64,000 nt of DNA from Bacteroidales bacterium (lineage in GTDB: Bacteria > Bacteroidota > Bacteroidia > Bacteroidales > VadinHA17), in contig JAJFVL010000049.1 in NCBI GenBank assembly GCA_021371855.1, forward strand, positions 70,226-134,225, in the 5' to 3' direction. Positions 1-10,000 of the stretch are shown piece by piece. A program made the position numbers and the translations under genes. Below the pieces are notes generated by a model. That model saw nothing but the letters and a program-made list of their open reading frames with translations, searched no databases and had not been told where the DNA came from. The first letter of the stretch is position 1; every line of letters starts with the position of its first letter.

Positions 1-980
1 ATTATAAACAACTTAAAGAAAACCTCAAGGATACAAATATAAAAGTTTATGCCGGGAGTGAAGCCGTTGAACAGATTGTTGTTTCATCAACTATTGATGT
101 AGTAATTGCTTCTATTGTAGGTTATTCAGGTTTGAGGCCAACCATAGCTGCGATAAAAGCGGGGAAAAAAATTGCCCTTGCAAATAAAGAAACTATGGTT
201 GTTGCTGGCGAGATAATCAAAAGGCTGGTAAGTGAATCGGGATGCCATATTATTCCTGTTGATTCGGAACATTCAGCCATCTTTCAATGTCTCGCAGGTG
301 AGTTGGGAAACCCTGTGGAAAAAATCTCTCTGACAGCTTCAGGCGGGCCATTCCTTAACTGGCCTTTGGAGAAGCTTAAGGATGTGAAACCAGAGGAGGC
401 TCTTAGTAACCCAAACTGGGATATGGGCAAAAAAGTGACAATCGATTCAGCTTCTCTTATGAATAAAGGACTTGAAGTTATAGAAGCAAAATGGCTCTTT
501 GACCTCTCTCCTGAACAAATATCAGTGGTCATTCATCCCCAGTCAGTTGTTCATTCACTTGTGCATTTTGCAGATGGATCGGTTAAAGCTCAGCTGGGAG
601 TCCCCGATATGAGAATCCCAATTCTGTATGCTCTTTCTTATCCTGACAGGTTCGTTTCAGATCTTCCCCGTCTTGATTTTAAAAACTATCCAACTCTCAC
701 ATTTATTGAACCGGAAATGAAAAAGTTCCGGAACCTGACTATTGCATATGACGCCTTGAAGAAGGGAGGAAACATGCCTTGCATTATGAATGCTGCCAAT
801 GAAATGGCTGTCAGTGCGTTTCTGGAAAAAAAAATAGGATTTTTGCAGATGTCCAACGTTGTGGAATACACAATGGATAATAGCATATATTCTTCATCTC
901 CCGATCTGGAGTTTCTTGAGGTTTCTGATTGTAATGCCAGAGAGATTGCATTAAAATATATTACTAAACATCATAAATAA
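1..980 (+). CDS. dxr: 1-deoxy-D-xylulose-5-phosphate reductoisomerase (N-terminus lies upstream of the window)
   Basis: The frame is open from the window edge (codons in phase with nt 3) to the stop at 978-980. The translation carries Dxr signatures ALANKETMVVAGE, PVDSEHSAIFQC, LTASGGPF and NWDMGKKVTIDSASLMNKGLEVIEA. Confidence 0.93.
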   Translation, partial: YKQLKENLKDTNIKVYAGSEAVEQIVVSSTIDVVIASIVGYSGLRPTIAAIKAGKKIALANKETMVVAGEIIKRLVSESGCHIIPVDSEHSAIFQCLAGELGNPVEKISLTASGGPFLNWPLEKLKDVKPEEALSNPNWDMGKKVTIDSASLMNKGLEVIEAKWLFDLSPEQISVVIHPQSVVHSLVHFADGSVKAQLGVPDMRIPILYALSYPDRFVSDLPRLDFKNYPTLTFIEPEMKKFRNLTIAYDALKKGGNMPCIMNAANEMAVSAFLEKKIGFLQMSNVVEYTMDNSIYSSSPDLEFLEVSDCNAREIALKYITKHHK

Positions 981-982
981 AG

Positions 983-2317
983 ATGACAATACTTATTAAA
1001 ATCCTGCAATTTGTTTTAAGTCTTTCAATCCTTGTAATATTACATGAGTTTGGACATTTTGTTATGGCTAAACTATTCAAAACAAGAGTTGAAAAGTTCT
1101 ATTTGTTTTTCGATCCATGGTTTTCACTTTTTAAATTTAAAAAAGGAGAAACTGAATATGGTGTGGGGTGGCTCCCTCTTGGCGGATATGTTAAGATTTC
1201 TGGAATGATCGATGAATCGATGGACAAAGAGCAAATGAAACTTCCGCCGCAGCCATATGAATTCAGGTCAAAAACATCGTGGCAAAGACTACTTATAATG
1301 ACAGGAGGCGTAGTCTTTAATTTTATTTCCGCGTTACTTATATATGTACTTGTATTATATGCCTGGGGCGAAACATACCTGCCAACTGCAAATGTTAAAT
1401 ATGGTATAGTGACCGACTCACTTGGACATTCAATCGGACTCAGAAACGGGGACAAGCTTCTTACAATTGATAATCAATATGTGGATAACTTTATGCAGAT
1501 CACTCCCGATATTGTATTGAACGGCCGTAAAACAATTCAGGTTGAACGCGAAGGTCAGATTATAAATATCGATATCCCTAAGGATTATCTTCCGCAATTG
1601 TTAAAGGGTAAAGGACAAATAAGTTATCGTACTCCTTTTGGCCCTTTTGTAATAAAAGCATTCGGGAAAGAATCACCTGCTAAAAATGCAGGTGTACTTG
1701 TTGATGATGAGATAGTTGGCATTGATAGTATAAAGTTTACATATTATGATGAGTTTCAGAATTACCTGTCAGAAAACAAGTCGAAACCCATAGTGCTTAA
1801 CTTGCTCCGCAACGGGAAATCCCTCGATATTACGGTTACTCCTACAGTTGCAGGACTGCTTGAGGTCAGAAGTGCCGGCAGATCCCTTGATCAGATATTT
1901 GACCTGAAAACTTTAAAATATGGTTTTCTGCAATCAATTCCTGCCGGTATTGATAAAGGATTCAAAACAATGGTTGATTATCTTAAACAATTCAAGATCA
2001 TTTTCTCAAAAGAGACTAAAGCATACGAATCGCTTGGAGGATTTATTACAATTGGCAATATTTTCCCCGGCGTATGGGACTGGCACTCGTTCTGGAACCT
2101 TACAGCTTTCCTCTCGATTATACTTGCTGTAATGAATATACTGCCTATACCTGCTCTTGATGGAGGACACGTGATGTTTTTGTTATTTGAGGTAATTACA
2201 GGAAGAAAACCAAGTGACAAATTCCTCGAAAATGCACAGATAGTAGGAATGATAATCCTTTTTGGACTGCTGATTTTTGCTAACGGTAACGATATTATAA
2301 GACTTTTCAGGAAGTAA
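983..2317 (+). CDS. rseP: RIP (site-2) zinc metalloprotease RseP
   Basis: 444-aa ORF with the HEFGH zinc motif in the first hydrophobic helix, a central PDZ-like segment and the C-terminal NILPIPALDGGH motif. It starts 3 nt after dxr, which is the usual dxr-rseP pairing. Confidence 0.9.
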   Translation: MTILIKILQFVLSLSILVILHEFGHFVMAKLFKTRVEKFYLFFDPWFSLFKFKKGETEYGVGWLPLGGYVKISGMIDESMDKEQMKLPPQPYEFRSKTSWQRLLIMTGGVVFNFISALLIYVLVLYAWGETYLPTANVKYGIVTDSLGHSIGLRNGDKLLTIDNQYVDNFMQITPDIVLNGRKTIQVEREGQIINIDIPKDYLPQLLKGKGQISYRTPFGPFVIKAFGKESPAKNAGVLVDDEIVGIDSIKFTYYDEFQNYLSENKSKPIVLNLLRNGKSLDITVTPTVAGLLEVRSAGRSLDQIFDLKTLKYGFLQSIPAGIDKGFKTMVDYLKQFKIIFSKETKAYESLGGFITIGNIFPGVWDWHSFWNLTAFLSIILAVMNILPIPALDGGHVMFLLFEVITGRKPSDKFLENAQIVGMIILFGLLIFANGNDIIRLFRK

Positions 2318-2334
2318 ATTTATTTTGATGCCGG

Positions 2335-2365
2335 TTTGTTTATGATTAAAGTATTTATAACTTTG
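2335..2365 (+). promoter_or_regulatory. Bacteroidota sigma-A type promoter upstream of tatA
   Basis: TTTG at 2335-2338, a 19-nt spacer, then TAACTTTG (TAnnTTTG -7 box) at 2358-2365, 24 nt before the tatA ATG. Confidence 0.4.
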
Positions 2366-2388
2366 CACAAATTCTAATACTTAAAATT

Positions 2389-2568
2389 ATGGGAAATTTT
2401 GGAGTTACAGAGATAGTACTGATATTACTTGTTGTTGTTCTTCTTTTTGGTGGCCGTAAAATTCCTGAACTGATGAAAGGTATTGGTCAGGGTATGAAAG
2501 AATTTAAGAAAGCTTCAAAATATGATCCGGCAACTGATAAAGAAGTAGCAGACAAGGATAAATTTTAA
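2389..2568 (+). CDS. tatA: Twin-arginine translocase subunit TatA/TatE (59 aa, below the ORF-track size cutoff)
   Basis: Hand translation gives [59 protein letters not shown]. This is the canonical TatA layout: an N-terminal TM helix, the LLFGxxKxPEL hinge and an amphipathic helix. Confidence 0.85.
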   Translation: MGNFGVTEIVLILLVVVLLFGGRKIPELMKGIGQGMKEFKKASKYDPATDKEVADKDKF

Positions 2569-2587
2569 TCTTAAAATATTCACGTGA

Positions 2588-2617
2588 AACCTGCATCTCA
2601 TGATGCAGGTTTTTTTA
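2588..2617. terminator. Intrinsic terminator between convergent tatA and the radical SAM gene
   Basis: Stem AACCTGCATC / GATGCAGGTT with a 4-nt loop, followed by TTTTTT (2611-2616). Confidence 0.7.
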
Positions 2618-2681
2618 TCCCCCCTGATTGGGAGCATAATGGCATGTAACTCAGTGATAATGAGAGATAGTATAATAAGGA

Positions 2682-3770
2682 TCAATTTATTAGTTCGTAT
2701 TTCTGATTCCTTCTTCCTGGAATAAATCCGGCTTCTTTTATAATCGATTGCATCTCATTTGCATCGAAACGGTTATTTGCACCTGCAGCGCTTACTACAT
2801 TTTCTTCAATCATTATTGACCCAATATCGTTGGCTCCCGCATGTAGCGACACCATCCCAACATTCTTACCGACTGTAAGTATTGAAGCCTGAATGTTTTT
2901 TATGTTATTCAATATGATACGACTTATTGCAATCATCCTTATATAATCAGGACCGTTGTACCGGCTCCTGATTCCATGTTTCTGCAAAAGAACTGTACCT
3001 TCATCCTGAAATGGCCATGGAATAAAAGTTATAAATCCATAGCTGTTCTCAGGTTTTTTATTCTGAAGGTCTCTTAAATGGATAAGATGTTCAATTCTTT
3101 CTTTTATTGTTTCGACATGACCATACATCATGGTTGCTGAAGTGGGAAGATTTAGCTTGTGAGCTTCTTTCATCACTTCAAGCCATTCTCCGGTTGTGGC
3201 TTTCGCAGGAGAAATCAATTTTCTTACACGGTCTGAGAGAATTTCGGCACCTGCCCCCGGTAAACTGTCGAGCCCGGCTTCAACTAATTTCGAAAGAACT
3301 TCTGAATAGGATAATCGCTCTTTTTTTGCCAGAAAAACAATCTCAGGCGGTCCGAGTGCATGCAACTTTATTGTTGGGTATAGCTTTTTAAGATTCCTGA
3401 AAAGATCAGTATAAAAAGCAAGGTCCAGTTCGGGATTCATCCCTCCCTGCAACAGGAGCTGATCTCCTCCAAGGGCATACAACTCATCAATTTTATTTAT
3501 GTATTCATTTATTGATGTAACATAAGCATCGGTTGATCCTTTTCTTCTGCAAAAATTACAAAATAAACATTGCGAAAAGCAGATATTCGTCAGGTTAACA
3601 TTCCTGTCGATCATCCATCCTGCAACATTACCAGGATTATGCAAATGCCGGAGGTTATCGGCGACAAAAACCAGCTCCTCAAGCGGTGCCTGAGAGTAAA
3701 GGACAACTCCTTCATCCGCATTAAGTGGAATAAGCCGCAGAGCCTTTTCATATAATCGTTCCAGATCCAT
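2682..3770 (-). CDS. Radical SAM enzyme of the MqnC/MqnE/CofH family (futalosine-route menaquinone biosynthesis type)
   Basis: 362-aa ORF with the CX3CX2C cluster motif (CFSQCLFC) preceded by NVNLTNIC. LLLQGGMNPELD and the overall length match the MqnC/MqnE/CofH subfamily. I cannot tell MqnC from MqnE by eye. Confidence 0.75.
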   Translation of the reverse strand: MDLERLYEKALRLIPLNADEGVVLYSQAPLEELVFVADNLRHLHNPGNVAGWMIDRNVNLTNICFSQCLFCNFCRRKGSTDAYVTSINEYINKIDELYALGGDQLLLQGGMNPELDLAFYTDLFRNLKKLYPTIKLHALGPPEIVFLAKKERLSYSEVLSKLVEAGLDSLPGAGAEILSDRVRKLISPAKATTGEWLEVMKEAHKLNLPTSATMMYGHVETIKERIEHLIHLRDLQNKKPENSYGFITFIPWPFQDEGTVLLQKHGIRSRYNGPDYIRMIAISRIILNNIKNIQASILTVGKNVGMVSLHAGANDIGSIMIEENVVSAAGANNRFDANEMQSIIKEAGFIPGRRNQKYELIN

Positions 3771-3913
3771 TACTGTAAAAAATACTCAATCGTTGTCAAA
3801 AGTTAAGTGCCTTATCAGGTGTCAGGATTTATCACAGCAAAGGTAATAGTTTGGGACCGAAACAATCAATATTTTATATTAACTTTACTTCTTCAAAAAC
3901 TGTAATACCTTTT

Positions 3914-5365
3914 ATGAAACCGGAAATCCTAAAAATATCTCAAATATCAATTGATCAGTCTGTTGTTTGTATTCTCGGGAGCAGCCATGTGCCTGAAAGA
4001 TTAAAACTCTCAAAATCAGAAACGGAGTATGCTGAAAAACGTATGAAAGAGAAGGATGAATACGTTTTTATAAATTCTTATAATAAGTGCACTTACCTGA
4101 TCAGATTGAAAGAGGGAATAAGCCAATATAAAATAAGGGAGGAATTACGAAAAACTTCTTATAATTTACGAAAACTAATTAAAGATAATAGCCATCCCGA
4201 ACTTGTAATTACTTCCTCTGATACATATAAGGGTGCCGTTGAAGATTTTGCTGAGGGACTTGTCCTTAGTATTTATTCGTTCGAAAAATACAAAAAGAAG
4301 GAGGAAGGGAAAGATAAGTATCCTGAAAAACTTCTGCTTGATGGGGATATAGACGATTCGGATATAAAGTGGCTTGTTGAACTGACAAATGCAGTCTATC
4401 TTGTACGTAATCTGATCAATGAGCCTGTGAATCATTTGAATGCAACGGCTCTTGCCGGGGAGATTAAAAAAGCCGGAGATTCTGCCGGTTTTAACGTTGA
4501 GATTTTAACAAAGGGGAAGATTGAAGCTCTTAAAATGGGCGGACTTCTGGCTGTCAACAGAGGGAGTGTCGATCCTCCTGTGTTCTGCATACTTGAATGG
4601 CACCCGGAAAACTGTTTTAATGACCGGCCGATTGTTCTGGTCGGGAAGGGGATCGTTTATGATACAGGAGGCCTGAATATTAAAACCGGTGAATTTATGA
4701 GTGGCATGAATGGGGATATGGCAGGTGCAGCGACAGTTACAGGTGTTTTATATACTGCTGCGCGAACAGGTATCCCGCTTCATATCATCGGACTTGTCCC
4801 TTCAACTGATAACAGGCCGGGAGGAAATGCCTATACTCAGGGCGATATCATCACCATGTATAATGAACTGACTGTTGAAATCGGAAATACTGATGCTGAA
4901 GGCCGGCTTATCCTTGCCGATGCTATCAGCTATGCTTCAAAATATTCTCCGGAACTTATAATAGATATTGCGACCCTGACAGGTTCGGCAGCAAGAACCT
5001 TCGGTAACCAGGCAATTGCAGTGATGACCAATGCTGACAGAAAATATATAGACCTGCTTGAAGAGTGTGGAAATGATGTTTATGAAAGGATTGCTGAATT
5101 GCCTTTCTGGGAAGAATATGCAGAATCGCTGAAGTCTGATATTGCTGACCTTAATAATATTGGGGCCCGTGAAGGCGGAGCTATTATAGCCGGAAAATTC
5201 CTTGAGAGGTTTGCAGAGTCTCCCCTGATTCATCTGGATATTGCAGGGACAGAGATGCTTAAAAAGGATGATTATTACAGGACAAAGAATGGAAATGGAT
5301 CAGGATTAAGGCTGCTGTCGACATTTTTGAAAAAAATTGCAGCTAATTATTTAGAAAAGAAATAA
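3914..5365 (+). CDS. pepA: Leucyl aminopeptidase, M17 family
   Basis: M17 signatures VGKGIVYDTGGLNIKTG and NTDAEGRLILAD. I prefer the ATG at 3914 (MKPEILKI) over the TTG at 3851 used by the ORF track. Confidence 0.9.
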   Translation: MKPEILKISQISIDQSVVCILGSSHVPERLKLSKSETEYAEKRMKEKDEYVFINSYNKCTYLIRLKEGISQYKIREELRKTSYNLRKLIKDNSHPELVITSSDTYKGAVEDFAEGLVLSIYSFEKYKKKEEGKDKYPEKLLLDGDIDDSDIKWLVELTNAVYLVRNLINEPVNHLNATALAGEIKKAGDSAGFNVEILTKGKIEALKMGGLLAVNRGSVDPPVFCILEWHPENCFNDRPIVLVGKGIVYDTGGLNIKTGEFMSGMNGDMAGAATVTGVLYTAARTGIPLHIIGLVPSTDNRPGGNAYTQGDIITMYNELTVEIGNTDAEGRLILADAISYASKYSPELIIDIATLTGSAARTFGNQAIAVMTNADRKYIDLLEECGNDVYERIAELPFWEEYAESLKSDIADLNNIGAREGGAIIAGKFLERFAESPLIHLDIAGTEMLKKDDYYRTKNGNGSGLRLLSTFLKKIAANYLEKK

Positions 5366-5370
5366 CACCT

Positions 5371-6471
5371 ATGGAAAAGAAAACAATAATTGCCGGTATC
5401 TCACAGGGAGATATAAATGGTATTGGTTATGAGGTTATTATCAAGGCCCTTTCGGATCCGATGATAAATGACATCTGCACACCCGTAGTATATGGTTCGC
5501 CTAAAGTAGCCGCATATCATCGTAAAGCATTGAATATTAGTAATTTTAGTTTTAATAATATCAGATCTGCTGAAGAAGCTCATGCCAGGAAGGCCAATAT
5601 AATCAATTGCCTTGACGATAATACAAGGGTAGAACTTGGAAAACCCACTCATCAGAGTGGGGAAGCCGCACTGATTTCTCTCGAGAAAGCAGTTTCCGAT
5701 CTGATAAGTGGTAAAATTGATGTTCTTATTACAGCCCCTATCGATAAACATAATGTACAGTCCGAAAATTTTCATTTCAACGGACATACTGAGTATCTGA
5801 AATCAAAAGCAGGTGCAGAAGAAGTCCTGATGTTCCTGATAGGTGAGAGTATGAGAATTGGGGTTGCCACAGGACATGTTCCCCTCAGCAAAGTTCCGGA
5901 ACTTATCACTATTGATCTGTTGATGAAAAAGATGAGACTGATGAATCAATCTCTGACCATCGACTTTGGGATACGGAAACCGCGGATTGCCGTGCTTGGA
6001 CTAAATCCTCATGCAGGAGATAACTCATTACTGGGATCTGAAGAAGCTGAAATAATAGCACCTGCAATTAAGAAGGCACAGCAGGAAGGGATACTTGCCT
6101 TCGGCCCTTTCCCATCTGACGGATTTTTCGGTGCAGGATCATTTGCTAAATTCGATGGGATTCTTGCTATGTACCATGACCAGGGACTTGCTCCTTTTAA
6201 AGCAATAACTTTCGATTCGGGAGTCAACTTTACTGCCGGCTTACCTTTCGTCAGGACATCCCCCGATCATGGGACGGCTTTTGCAATTGCCGGAAAAGGT
6301 GAAGCCTCTGAAAATTCATTTCGCCAGGCCATCTTTCTTGCCTGTGACATTTTCAGAAACAGAAAATTCAATACAGAAATATCTCAAAACCCTCTTAAAC
6401 ATCAGGACGTCGAAATTCACAGTGACCGCATTGACGAACTTCCTCCGGATATTTTTAACGGCGAACAATAA
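5371..6471 (+). CDS. pdxA: 4-hydroxythreonine-4-phosphate dehydrogenase
   Basis: 366-aa ORF with PdxA motifs GDINGIGYEVIIK, LGLNPHAGDNSLLGSEE, MYHDQGLAPFK and VRTSPDHGTAFAIAGKG. Confidence 0.92.
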   Translation: MEKKTIIAGISQGDINGIGYEVIIKALSDPMINDICTPVVYGSPKVAAYHRKALNISNFSFNNIRSAEEAHARKANIINCLDDNTRVELGKPTHQSGEAALISLEKAVSDLISGKIDVLITAPIDKHNVQSENFHFNGHTEYLKSKAGAEEVLMFLIGESMRIGVATGHVPLSKVPELITIDLLMKKMRLMNQSLTIDFGIRKPRIAVLGLNPHAGDNSLLGSEEAEIIAPAIKKAQQEGILAFGPFPSDGFFGAGSFAKFDGILAMYHDQGLAPFKAITFDSGVNFTAGLPFVRTSPDHGTAFAIAGKGEASENSFRQAIFLACDIFRNRKFNTEISQNPLKHQDVEIHSDRIDELPPDIFNGEQ

Positions 6472-6473
6472 TT

Positions 6474-7055
6474 ATGATAGATTATATTAAAGGGACAATT
6501 ACCCAGGTCAATCCCACATCTATTATTCTTGAGGCAGGAGGTATTGGTTATTTTATCAATATTTCGGTCACATCATTTTCGAAACTTGAAGGGAAAAGCG
6601 AATATAAGATTCTGGTACATGAGATCATCAGGGAAGACAGTCACCAGCTTTTTGGATTCGCCGACAGTGAAGAACGTGATGTCTTCAGATTGCTTATTTC
6701 TGTTACAGGTGTCGGAGCAAACACTGCGAGGATGATGCTTTCCTCGCTTAGTCCGTCGGAAATAGAAAAGGCAATTGCCGGATCAGATGTCAATATTCTG
6801 AAAAGTATAAAAGGGATCGGATTAAAGACTGCTCAAAGAATAATAGTTGATCTGAAAGATAAGCTAGGCAAACAGGCAGGAGGTGGCGAAATATTCGCTT
6901 TTGCTGACAATATTAGCCGCGAAGAGGCGTTATCTGCATTAGTAATGCTAGGATTTGCCAAAAACGCTGTCACAAAAGTCCTTGATAAAATAGTCAGAGA
7001 AGAAAAAGATCTGACGGTGGAGGACCTGATAAAGAGAGCGCTTAAAAACTTGTAA
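6474..7055 (+). CDS. ruvA: Holliday junction branch-migration complex subunit RuvA
   Basis: 193 aa. It has the typical N-terminus MIDYIKGTI...GGIGY, helix-hairpin-helix pairs (GVGANTARMMLS, IKGIGLKTAQRIIVDLK) and a C-terminal domain III. Confidence 0.93.
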   Translation: MIDYIKGTITQVNPTSIILEAGGIGYFINISVTSFSKLEGKSEYKILVHEIIREDSHQLFGFADSEERDVFRLLISVTGVGANTARMMLSSLSPSEIEKAIAGSDVNILKSIKGIGLKTAQRIIVDLKDKLGKQAGGGEIFAFADNISREEALSALVMLGFAKNAVTKVLDKIVREEKDLTVEDLIKRALKNL

Positions 7056-7073
7056 TTCTGAATAAAAGCCGGG

Positions 7074-10000
7074 TTGAGATCAGGGATATTATATAAAAAT
7101 CTTCTGGTATTTTCGTCTCTTGTACTGTTCGCTTCTTTATTTTTAAGATCTGAAGAAGCAAGTAGTCAGAACGTGATACAAAATGCCAGTGCAGATACAA
7201 CTCGCCATTCGGTACTGAGATTAAAAGATAATTCAGGGAATCCCTGGGAACAAAAGAAAAAGGCCCCTCTTTTTCTTGATAATCCGTCGAATATAAAATC
7301 ATCGGTTTTTTACGATCCCGATAAGAATGAATATATATTGTATCAGAAAGTAGGCGCTTTCAATTATCGCACTCCTGTTCATATGAGTCCGCAGGAATAC
7401 CGGAAATATGAATATTCAAAATCGATGCGCGATTACTGGCAATCGCGAATTGCTGGTGACGAATCAGGTTTCAAATCAGGACTTATCCCCCAGATAGAAT
7501 TCGGCGGTGAAGCATTCGATAAAATATTCGGAAGTAACACGATAAATATTATCCCTCAGGGATCTGCCGAACTGATTTTCGGGATGAATATATCAACTAC
7601 TGAAAATCCAATTCTTTCAGAAGAGCTGAGAACTATTCCGACATTTGATTTTGATGAAAAAATCCAGATGAATGTTACAGGAACCATTGGCGATAAAGTG
7701 GAACTTGGAATCAATTATAATACTGATGCCTTGTTTGATTTTGAAAACAAAACAAAACTTCAGTATGCAGGTAAGGAAGATGAGATCATAAAAAAGATTG
7801 AAGCAGGTGACGTCACATTGCCTCTTACCAGTTCTCTGATCTCTGGAAGTTATAGCCTTTTCGGACTAAAAACAGAAATGCAGTTCGGAAAGCTGACAAT
7901 GACTACTGTACTTTCACAACAGAAAGGGGAACTGTCGACTATTAAGGTAAAAGGAGGAGCTCAGCAGACTGCATTCGAAATCTATGCTGATGACTATGAA
8001 GCAAACAGACATTTCTTTCTTTCTCAGTATTTCAGAGACATTTACGACAACGCCCTGCAGAACCTGCCTACTGTCAGCTCAGGCGTTGCCATACAGAAGA
8101 TTGAAGTATGGGTAACGAATAAAACAAGCAGTTATGAGGACGCCAGGAATATAGTTGCTTTCGCTGACCTTGGTGAAGGGAAGAATCATATTTTTAATAA
8201 AATTCCTTCATTTCAGGCAACAGGGTCGACGAAATATCCCGATAACAGCACCAATCAGTTATACGACAAGCTCACCAGTACTTATTCACCCATAAGGGAT
8301 ATTGACCAGGTAATAAATATTCTGGATCCCTTATCACCTGATTTTCAGATCGGGCGGGATTACGAAAAAATAGAGAATGCAAGGAAGCTGAGTCCGAAAG
8401 AATATATAATCAATGAACATCTGGGGTATATTTCACTTAATACTGCTTTGAACACTGATGAAGTGCTGGCTGTGGCTTATGAGTATACACTTAATGGTCA
8501 GCTATATAAAGTTGGTGAGTTTTCGACCGATGGAGTTACAGCACCTCAGACTCTTATACTTAAGTTGCTTAAAGGGACTACTCTCAGTCCTAAATATCCG
8601 ACATGGAACCTGATGATGAAAAATATCTATTCGCTTGGTTCCGGTACGCTTGAGCGTAACGATTTTGAGCTTAATGTGCTTTATGAAGATGATAAAACAG
8701 GAAACTCGATTAACTACCTTCCTGAAGGGAGACTGGCTAATCAAATACTTCTTAAAGTGTTGGGACTCGATAATCTTAACTCATCGCAAGACTGGGCATC
8801 AGATGGTTTTTTTGATTTTATCGATGGTATTACGGTAATGGTCAACAAGGGGAAGGTGATATTTCCAGTCATTGAGCCTTTTGGCAGCTATTTGCGAAAA
8901 AAGATCGGGAATGCCAATGTAGCTGACAAATACGTTTTTCAGGAATTGTACGATTCCACCCAGACAGTGGCTCAGCAAATGGCTGAGAAAAACAAATTCA
9001 AGCTGGCCGGGCATTACTCATCAGAAGCCGGATCGGAAATAAGACTTAACGCAACAAATATCCCTGAAGGTTCTCTTAAAGTCACAGCAGGAGGAGTTAC
9101 TCTTACAGAAAATCAAGACTACACAGTAGATTACAACCTGGGAATAGTAACTATAATAAATTCTTCCCTTATTGAATCGGAAACCCCAATTGATGTTTCT
9201 CTTGAAAGTAACCAGTATTTTGGATTTCAGACAAAAACCCTTGTAGGAACACATCTCGATTACAAAGTATCCAATAATTTCAATATAGGAGGAACATTAC
9301 TTCATCTGAACGAAAGGCCATATACACAGAAAGTCAATTATGGTGAGGAACCTATTTCAAATACTATTTGGGGAATGAATACCTCTTATAAGACAGAATC
9401 ACAATTGCTTACCAAAGCTCTTGACAAAATTCCCCTTCTCGAAACCAAGACTCCTTCATCTTTCTCTTTCGACGGAGAATTTGCAGAGCTGGTTCCGGGT
9501 CATTCCAAATCTATTTCGACTGCAGGCAATTCCTATATTGATGATTTCGAATCGAGTGAAATACCTCTCGACATGAAATCTTTTAACGCCTGGACACTTT
9601 CAAGTATTCCCCAGGGACAGGCTCAGCTCTTTCCGGAAGCCGGATTAACCAACAACCTTACCAGCGGATATAACCGGGCCAGAATAGCCTGGTATGTTAT
9701 TGACCCTCTTTTCCTTGAAAACGGATCCTCAACACCTTCCCATATCAGAAAAAATGCTAATGAACAATCGAGCCATTTTGTGAGGGAGATATATGAAAAT
9801 GAAATATTCCCCAATAAGGAAAGTACAACGGGTTTACCAACAACGATCCCTGTATTGAACATTGCATATTACCCCGAAGAAAAGGGACCTTATAACTTTG
9901 ATGCGGGACCTGGTTCCTATTCAAAAGGAATGGATTCGAAGGGGAAGCTAAAGGACCCGGAATCAAGATGGGGAGGTATTATGAGGGAGGTTTTGACAAG

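Noticed and set aside
3851-3913. N-terminal extensions implied by the ORF track (3851, 20020, 22801, 48304, 48429, 60001, 61133, 44354)
   Set aside because: Each extension begins at a TTG or GTG, or at a far-upstream ATG, and precedes an ATG that yields a canonical N-terminus (a signal peptide or conserved family start). The extensions encode odd, non-conserved-looking residues.
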